Positions 47,023 through 52,479 of a stretch of 52,479 nucleotides of DNA are shown one piece after another. Each line of letters begins with the position of its first letter. The stretch's first letter is position 1. The stretch is from Bdellovibrionales bacterium (GTDB lineage: Bacteria; Bdellovibrionota; Bdellovibrionia; Bdellovibrionales; DASUEL01). The stretch spans positions 1-52,479 of the forward strand of contig JBFWOZ010000020.1 of the NCBI GenBank assembly GCA_050250255.1, read 5' to 3'. The notes below the pieces were generated by a model, which saw only the letters and a program-made list of their open reading frames with translations, ran no database searches and had not been told where the DNA came from. A program made the translations under genes and the position numbers.

Positions 47023-47727
47023 ATGTATTTTCTCTTGAGTTTTTTCACTTTCTTTCTTGTTTTCCCTCTTTGGGCGGCGAAGGAAGACTCTTCGAAGCCT
47101 GCGGCACAAGCGCCCACGGGTCCCGTACTTTCTAAAACGATCGGAACGGTAGGCGATCATGTTCTCACAAGCCGGGAAGTCCAAATTTATTATTTTCTCG
47201 AACAAGCTCTCAAAAACAAACCCGTAGACCCAACATTCGGCCCTGATTCTTCGAGTTTTAAAAATCAGATTTCTGAAAATCTTCTAGAGTGGATGGTTTA
47301 TCTTGAGGCGAAATCATTTAGCGCCGTAGAAGTCAGTACAAAAGAAAAACAAGAGGCGGAAGCGCAGCTTGCAAAAGCGATTCGTTCTTCAGGTGAGGTC
47401 GCACAATTTTGGCGACAGCTCGAAGTGAGTGTTGATCAAAAAAATGCGACAATCGATAGAAAATTGCGAGCCAAAAAGTTTCTTCAGTTTCGTGGACAAT
47501 CTTCTTTTGTAACGGTGACGGATCGCGAAGCCCTTAACTATTTTCAAAAGAACCGTACTAAGTTTGGAAATATGGGTTTTGAAAAATTCAAAGATCAAAT
47601 CAAAACCTATCTTTCTGAGCAGCAGGCCGACGAACGCATGCAAGAATGGCTCAGCGTTTTGCAAAAAAAGTACAACGTGCGCCACTTAGGCCTTCAAGAG
47701 TCATCCTCTCAGGACATTAAAAAATAA
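47023..47727 (+). CDS. Periplasmic SurA N-terminal-like hypothetical protein
   Basis: Signal peptide; IGTVGDHVLTSREV, VTDREALNYF, EWLSVLQKKYNV; no PPIase domain. Confidence 0.55.
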   Translation: MYFLLSFFTFFLVFPLWAAKEDSSKPAAQAPTGPVLSKTIGTVGDHVLTSREVQIYYFLEQALKNKPVDPTFGPDSSSFKNQISENLLEWMVYLEAKSFSAVEVSTKEKQEAEAQLAKAIRSSGEVAQFWRQLEVSVDQKNATIDRKLRAKKFLQFRGQSSFVTVTDREALNYFQKNRTKFGNMGFEKFKDQIKTYLSEQQADERMQEWLSVLQKKYNVRHLGLQESSSQDIKK

Positions 47728-48182
47728 TGACAAAACCCCTCATCCAGCCCGTGAATGCGACTCTTGTGGAGTCTGTTCATAAAATTTTTTCTTCATGGCA
47801 AACCCTCAATTCGGGACAGGCCACATTTTTTTCATCATGGACTCCAGAGCAGGTGACGCAGGAGCTCCAAGATCATTTCACTCTAGGGGCTTTCCAGGAG
47901 CAGGAATTAAAGGCTGTTATCTTTTATCGGAAAACTGAAAGCGCTTGGGAAATCAGTCAGTTAGCGACGCATCCTCAAGCGCAGCGTCAGGGTCTTATGC
48001 AGGCTCTTTTATTGTCTTTAAAGGGTCAGCTTCCGCCACGCCAACAGCTCTGGTTGGAAGTGCATGAAAAGAACACTCCGGCACGTCGGCTCTATGAGTC
48101 AGCAGGTTTTAAACAAGCCCATTATCGTAAGAGCTATTACCGGGATGGTGGGGGGGCTTGCCTCTACACTTATAGGAAGTAG
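47727..48182 (+). CDS. GNAT N-acetyltransferase (RimI-like)
   Basis: LATHPQAQRQGL, LEVHEKNTPARRLYESAGF, RKSYY.DG. Confidence 0.85.
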   Translation: MTKPLIQPVNATLVESVHKIFSSWQTLNSGQATFFSSWTPEQVTQELQDHFTLGAFQEQELKAVIFYRKTESAWEISQLATHPQAQRQGLMQALLLSLKGQLPPRQQLWLEVHEKNTPARRLYESAGFKQAHYRKSYYRDGGGACLYTYRK

Positions 48183-48188
48183 TATTTC

Positions 48189-48217
48189 TTGATTTTAATA
48201 TGAGTTTTTGCTAGTTT
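48189..48217 (+). promoter_or_regulatory. sigma70-like promoter of rimP-nusA-infB
   Basis: TTGATT-N17-TAGTTT with extended -10 TG. Confidence 0.6.
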
Positions 48218-48227
48218 ACAGCCGTTC

Positions 48228-48256
48228 GAAGGGCCCCAAAGGCCCTTCTTTTTTTT
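48228..48256 (+). terminator. rimP-leader terminator-like hairpin
   Basis: GAAGGGCC-ccaaa-GGCCCTTC followed by T8, between the promoter and the rimP start. Confidence 0.75.
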
Positions 48257-48281
48257 GTGGCCCTTTTGTTTACAGGAACAG

Positions 48282-48812
48282 ATGACCGTAGCGGATCCGA
48301 TTTTAGAAAAAATTAGAACTCTGGCGCTCCCCGTGATTGAGCGAGAAGACTGCCAGCTCTATGAATTGGAATTCGTTGGTGGTAGTAAAGGTAAAGGTCG
48401 CACATTAAGAGTCTACATCGATAAGAGTCCCAATGGGGCCTCCATCGAAGACTGCTCCAACGTTTCTCGGGCTTTAAACGAGATCTTGGATGTGGACGAT
48501 GTGATCCCTGGGGGCGCCTATATGCTCGAAGTTTCCACCCCCGGTTTAGATCGTATTTTGAGAGAGAAATGGCACTTTGATGCTGTTTTAGGAAAGCGAG
48601 CCCATTTTCGATTTAACACTTTGGTGGAGAATCGAAAACAAGTTGAAGCGACCCTTGTGAGTGTTGAAGGAGAAAGCGTCAACGTAAGTTTTGAAGAACA
48701 GAACGTAGAAAAGAAATTAAAAATTCCTCTGGAATCCATCCATCGCGCTCGATTGGTCTTTGAAGTCCCATCGAATGAGAAGGTGAAGCCAGGGAAGGGT
48801 AAGAAAAAGTAA
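48282..48812 (+). CDS. rimP: Ribosome maturation factor RimP
   Basis: LRVYID, IEDCSNVSR, YMLEVSTPGLDR; upstream of nusA. Confidence 0.95.
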   Translation: MTVADPILEKIRTLALPVIEREDCQLYELEFVGGSKGKGRTLRVYIDKSPNGASIEDCSNVSRALNEILDVDDVIPGGAYMLEVSTPGLDRILREKWHFDAVLGKRAHFRFNTLVENRKQVEATLVSVEGESVNVSFEEQNVEKKLKIPLESIHRARLVFEVPSNEKVKPGKGKKK

Positions 48813-48899
48813 ATAACGAATGATCGCTAGAGAGCCATCGGCACAGATAGTTCTTAAGATCATCGAGTCATTATCATCGAACAGATGATTGGGAGTTTT

Positions 48900-50342
48900 A
48901 TGGGAGCAGATAACGTATTTTCAGATTTATCGCGAATGATCGAACAGATCGGCAAAGACAAAGGTATCGATAAAAAAATTATTGTGGAGGCCGTTGTTCA
49001 AGGAATGCTGCTTGCTGCCCGTAAAAAATATGGAACTTACCGTGAGATTGAAGCTCAATATAACGAAGAAAGCGGCGAAGTTGAACTTTTCGAGTTCAAA
49101 GAAGTTGTCACCGAAGAAGAGTTTGTCGACGAAGAGGTCGAAATCAAATTGCCAGAAGCTCTTGTTCTCGACCCAGACGCTTCTTTAGGTGACTCCATCG
49201 GGGTGAAACTTGATGCTCGTGATTTAGGCCGTATTGCGGCTCAAACAGCAAAACAGATCATCACTCAAAAAGTAAGAGATGCTGAGAGAGAAATTATCTA
49301 TAACGAATTTGAACAGAGAAAAGGTGAGATCGCATCCGGTATCGCACGTCGTGTAGAGCGCGGAGCAATCGTGGTGGATCTTGGTCGTACGGAAGCTTTC
49401 CTTCCGCTTCGTGAACAAATTCCTGGCGAACAGTTTAAACCAGGTGATCGTATTCAAGGTTATTTGATTGACGTTCGTCAAACAACTCGCGGACCACAAA
49501 TCATTATGTCTCGAGCGAGCGAGCAATACTTAGTAAAACTTTTTGAAATGGAAGTACCAGAAATCCATGATGGTATCGTAGAGATTCGCGCGGCCGCACG
49601 TGAGCCAGGTTCACGGGCCAAAATCGCGGTCTGGAGCCGAGAAGCTTCAGTGGATCCAGTCGGTGCCTGCGTGGGTATGAAAGGAAGCCGTGTTCAAAAT
49701 ATTGTTCAAGAATTACGTGGCGAAAAAATTGATATCGTTAATTGGGATGAGGACGTCACCGCATTTGCTTGCAACGCTTTGGCTCCTGCGGAAGTTTCAA
49801 AAGTTTTCATCGACGAAAACAGCAAAGAAATGGAAATCATCGTTCCAGACACGCAATTGAGTCTAGCGATTGGTAAAAAAGGACAAAACGTACGTTTAGC
49901 AGCGAAATTGACAGGCTGGAAAATCGACATCGTTTCTGAAACCGCTCTTGCTTCAAAAACAGCGGGCGCTCTTATGAGCCTCATGGCCATTCCAGGTGTG
50001 AACGACACAATGGCTCAGAGTATTATGCAATCGGGTTTTAATTCAGCTCAAGATGTGTCGGATGCTTCTGTCGCAGAAGTTCAGACAATTCCTGGGTACG
50101 AAGATGAAGCAAAGGCAGAAAAACTTGTTGAAGATGCAAAAGTGGCTGCTGAAAAACAGGCGCAAATGCAAAAAGAAGCCATTGCTAATGGTACTGCAAC
50201 AACAGCGAAGCCGATTGATCCGGCCAAAGGAAATGCAAAATCTCTTGCAGATATGCGCTTAAAAGCGGAGATGGCTCAGCTTCAAAATAATAACACTGAG
50301 ACAACGACAGAAGAGCCTAGCAACACTGAGGATAAACAATAA
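48900..50342 (+). CDS. nusA: Transcription termination/antitermination factor NusA
   Basis: [11 protein letters not shown]1 domain, [24 protein letters not shown]. Confidence 0.97.
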   Translation: MGADNVFSDLSRMIEQIGKDKGIDKKIIVEAVVQGMLLAARKKYGTYREIEAQYNEESGEVELFEFKEVVTEEEFVDEEVEIKLPEALVLDPDASLGDSIGVKLDARDLGRIAAQTAKQIITQKVRDAEREIIYNEFEQRKGEIASGIARRVERGAIVVDLGRTEAFLPLREQIPGEQFKPGDRIQGYLIDVRQTTRGPQIIMSRASEQYLVKLFEMEVPEIHDGIVEIRAAAREPGSRAKIAVWSREASVDPVGACVGMKGSRVQNIVQELRGEKIDIVNWDEDVTAFACNALAPAEVSKVFIDENSKEMEIIVPDTQLSLAIGKKGQNVRLAAKLTGWKIDIVSETALASKTAGALMSLMAIPGVNDTMAQSIMQSGFNSAQDVSDASVAEVQTIPGYEDEAKAEKLVEDAKVAAEKQAQMQKEAIANGTATTAKPIDPAKGNAKSLADMRLKAEMAQLQNNNTETTTEEPSNTEDKQ

Positions 50343-50356
50343 GGGGAACAACTCGA

Positions 50357-52479
50357 ATGAGTGGACCAAAAGTATTTGAGTTTGCAAAAACAGTAGGAAT
50401 GGAAACTCTCGGTTTGATGGACAAATTGAGAGAGTGGAACATTCCTGTCAAAAATCACATGGCCGAGCTTGATGAAAGCATGGTGCAGTTGATTCGAACA
50501 AAACTCGAAGAAGCTCGTGAAGCTAAAAAAACACCTGCAAAAAAGGCTGCTACTCGAAAGGCGGCGGCACCTAAAGCTGCGGCTGACAAAGAAATAGAGA
50601 AGCCAAAATCAAAAGTAGAAAAACCAGCTGCTAAAAAGGGAGAAGCAACGACCAATGGTGCTTCTAAGACAACGAAAGTGGCGACAAAAGGAAAAGTGGC
50701 TGCCGGAAAAGTGATCCGTCGTAAAGCGGGAGAAGCTCCGCCTAAATCGGAAGAGGCGGAAGCTCCAGAAGCCGCTTCAGTTGCTGAAGCGATCACGCCT
50801 CCCGAGACAAAAACGGCAGACGCTCAAGCGCCCGTTGTTCCTGAAACTGTCGCTCCTGTTGCCGAAGTTGCGCCTGTCGTAGCGGCCCCTCAGGCGCCGG
50901 TACCGCCAGCACCCAAAATACCTCTTCGACCGGTAAAAAGAGAAGTTGTTCCAGGTACTGGAAAGGCTCCTTTAAGTCAGCCATCTAATATTATTGGTCG
51001 CATTGATTTAAACCGAGCTCAAAGTCAGCGTCCTCGCCCTCCTGGTTCTGGTGGACAGCATGGTGGTGCGAATGCAGGCCCACAAGTGCGTGGAACGATG
51101 AGAGCTGGATTTCAAGCAAATCCAAATCCTTTCATTGTGCCTGAAGAGCCTGGCCGCAGAGATGATCGTCGTAAAAAAACTGGTGGGTTTGCTCCTCGCC
51201 CTGGCGGAATTGACGAATCAGCGACCCAAAAAGAAGAAGAAGTTGAAGTATTTAGCGCTACAGAATTCCGTAAGCGCGAAATTGTTTTTCAACCTAAGAA
51301 GAAAAAGACCGTTCTCGCTCGCCAGGGAATGAAGACGGCCATCACGACCCCCAAAGCAAGTAAGCGTGTGGTTGAAATCTATGACACGATCAAAGTGGCG
51401 GATTTCGCAAAAGAAATGGGCATCAAAGCCGCAACCATTATCGCACACTTAATGAAGCAAGGCATGATGGTGACTCAAAATGACTCTCTGGATTTCGACA
51501 CAGCAGCCTTAATTGCTCCCGAGTTTCAGCATGAAGTTGTGAATTTGAAGAAAACGTCAGCCGACGCGACGAGTGCGGTGGCTTTCGGGGATCTTGAAGC
51601 CGAAAGAATTATTCGTGCTCCTGTTGTCACTGTTATGGGTCACGTGGATCATGGAAAAACGTCGCTTCTCGACGCAATTCGAAAAGCAGACGTCGCTTCG
51701 GGTGAAGCGGGTGGGATCACTCAGCACATCGGGGCTTATCAGGTAAAATTAGAAAATGATCAGGTCGTTACTTTCATCGATACTCCGGGCCACGCCGCTT
51801 TTACAGCAATGCGTGCTCGTGGAGCAAACGTCACAGATATCGTGATTCTTGTTGTTGCAGCTGATGACGGTGTGATGAACCAAACGATTGAAGCGATTAG
51901 CCACGCAAAAGCGGCGGGTGTGCCGATCATCGTTGCGGTTAACAAAATGGATAAACCAGGTGCTCAACCTGAACGTATTAAACAACAATTGACAGAGTAT
52001 GAACTCGTCGCTGAAGAGTGGGGCGGTACAACCGTATTCATGCCTGTCTCTGCTCTCAAAAAGACGGGCGTAAAAGAACTTTTAGAGCATGTGCTTGTGC
52101 AGGCGGAAGTTCTCGAATTGAAAGCCAATCCTAAGCGTTCGGGAACGGGCGTGGTGATTGAAAGTAAATTAGAGCGTGGTCGCGGAATTGTCGCCACGAT
52201 GTTAGTAAAAGATGGAACTGTTCGTCTGGGCCAAAGCATTTCGGCAGGAGTAACATTTGGTCGCGTACGCGCGATGTTCAATGATCGTGGACAGTCTTTG
52301 AAAGAAGCTGGCCCGTCGATGCCCATCGAAGTTTTAGGTCTTAATGAAACTCCAATGGCCGGTGATACTTTTGATATTTGTGAAAACGAAACGGCGGCTC
52401 AGGAGCTTTCGGCGCATCGTAAAGAAGCGCGTACAAAAGCATTAGAAACTCCAAAGGCAAAAGTTTCTCTCGAAGAACT
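50357..52479 (+). CDS. infB: Translation initiation factor IF-2, 3' truncated (absent from the ORF track)
   Basis: ATG 50357 [11 protein letters not shown]; in-frame [30 protein letters not shown]; runs off the window end. Confidence 0.97.
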   Translation, partial: MSGPKVFEFAKTVGMETLGLMDKLREWNIPVKNHMAELDESMVQLIRTKLEEAREAKKTPAKKAATRKAAAPKAAADKEIEKPKSKVEKPAAKKGEATTNGASKTTKVATKGKVAAGKVIRRKAGEAPPKSEEAEAPEAASVAEAITPPETKTADAQAPVVPETVAPVAEVAPVVAAPQAPVPPAPKIPLRPVKREVVPGTGKAPLSQPSNIIGRIDLNRAQSQRPRPPGSGGQHGGANAGPQVRGTMRAGFQANPNPFIVPEEPGRRDDRRKKTGGFAPRPGGIDESATQKEEEVEVFSATEFRKREIVFQPKKKKTVLARQGMKTAITTPKASKRVVEIYDTIKVADFAKEMGIKAATIIAHLMKQGMMVTQNDSLDFDTAALIAPEFQHEVVNLKKTSADATSAVAFGDLEAERIIRAPVVTVMGHVDHGKTSLLDAIRKADVASGEAGGITQHIGAYQVKLENDQVVTFIDTPGHAAFTAMRARGANVTDIVILVVAADDGVMNQTIEAISHAKAAGVPIIVAVNKMDKPGAQPERIKQQLTEYELVAEEWGGTTVFMPVSALKKTGVKELLEHVLVQAEVLELKANPKRSGTGVVIESKLERGRGIVATMLVKDGTVRLGQSISAGVTFGRVRAMFNDRGQSLKEAGPSMPIEVLGLNETPMAGDTFDICENETAAQELSAHRKEARTKALETPKAKVSLEE

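Overview
Ordinary-GC bacterial chromosome segment whose gene content and motifs point, by inference, to a Bdellovibrionota (Bdellovibrionales-like) predator: an FQNC-type lipoprotein, a gspC-N operon with a PilM-like GspL, a subtilase-PilZ fusion and sigma28-like promoters. Housekeeping genes are prfC, ssb, map, ahcY, orn, phrB, tRNA-Leu(CAA) and rimP-nusA-infB (infB truncated by the window end). A complete type II secretion operon lies on the minus strand and is split by a 761-bp structured gap between gspF and gspG. Accessory content includes: (i) two tandem giant type IV pilin-like, Cys-rich paralogs with conserved bodies but unrelated cystine-rich C-terminal tips after a poly-Gly hinge, each preceded by a sigma28-like promoter; (ii) four secreted RCC1/BLIP-II-like propeller paralogs plus the decayed 3' end of a fifth; (iii) a RAYT-like Y1 transposase bounded by 13-bp inverted repeats, with a broken HUH motif, a related end motif in the T2SS gap and a 121-nt nested hairpin next to that motif; (iv) a subtilase-GGGC-TM-PilZ protein; (v) a recurrent TMTCA-N3-YGAGA palindrome upstream of alternative-sigma promoters. 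No CRISPR array, prophage, rRNA or reverse transcriptase was seen. All family calls come from motif recognition by eye; no searches were run.
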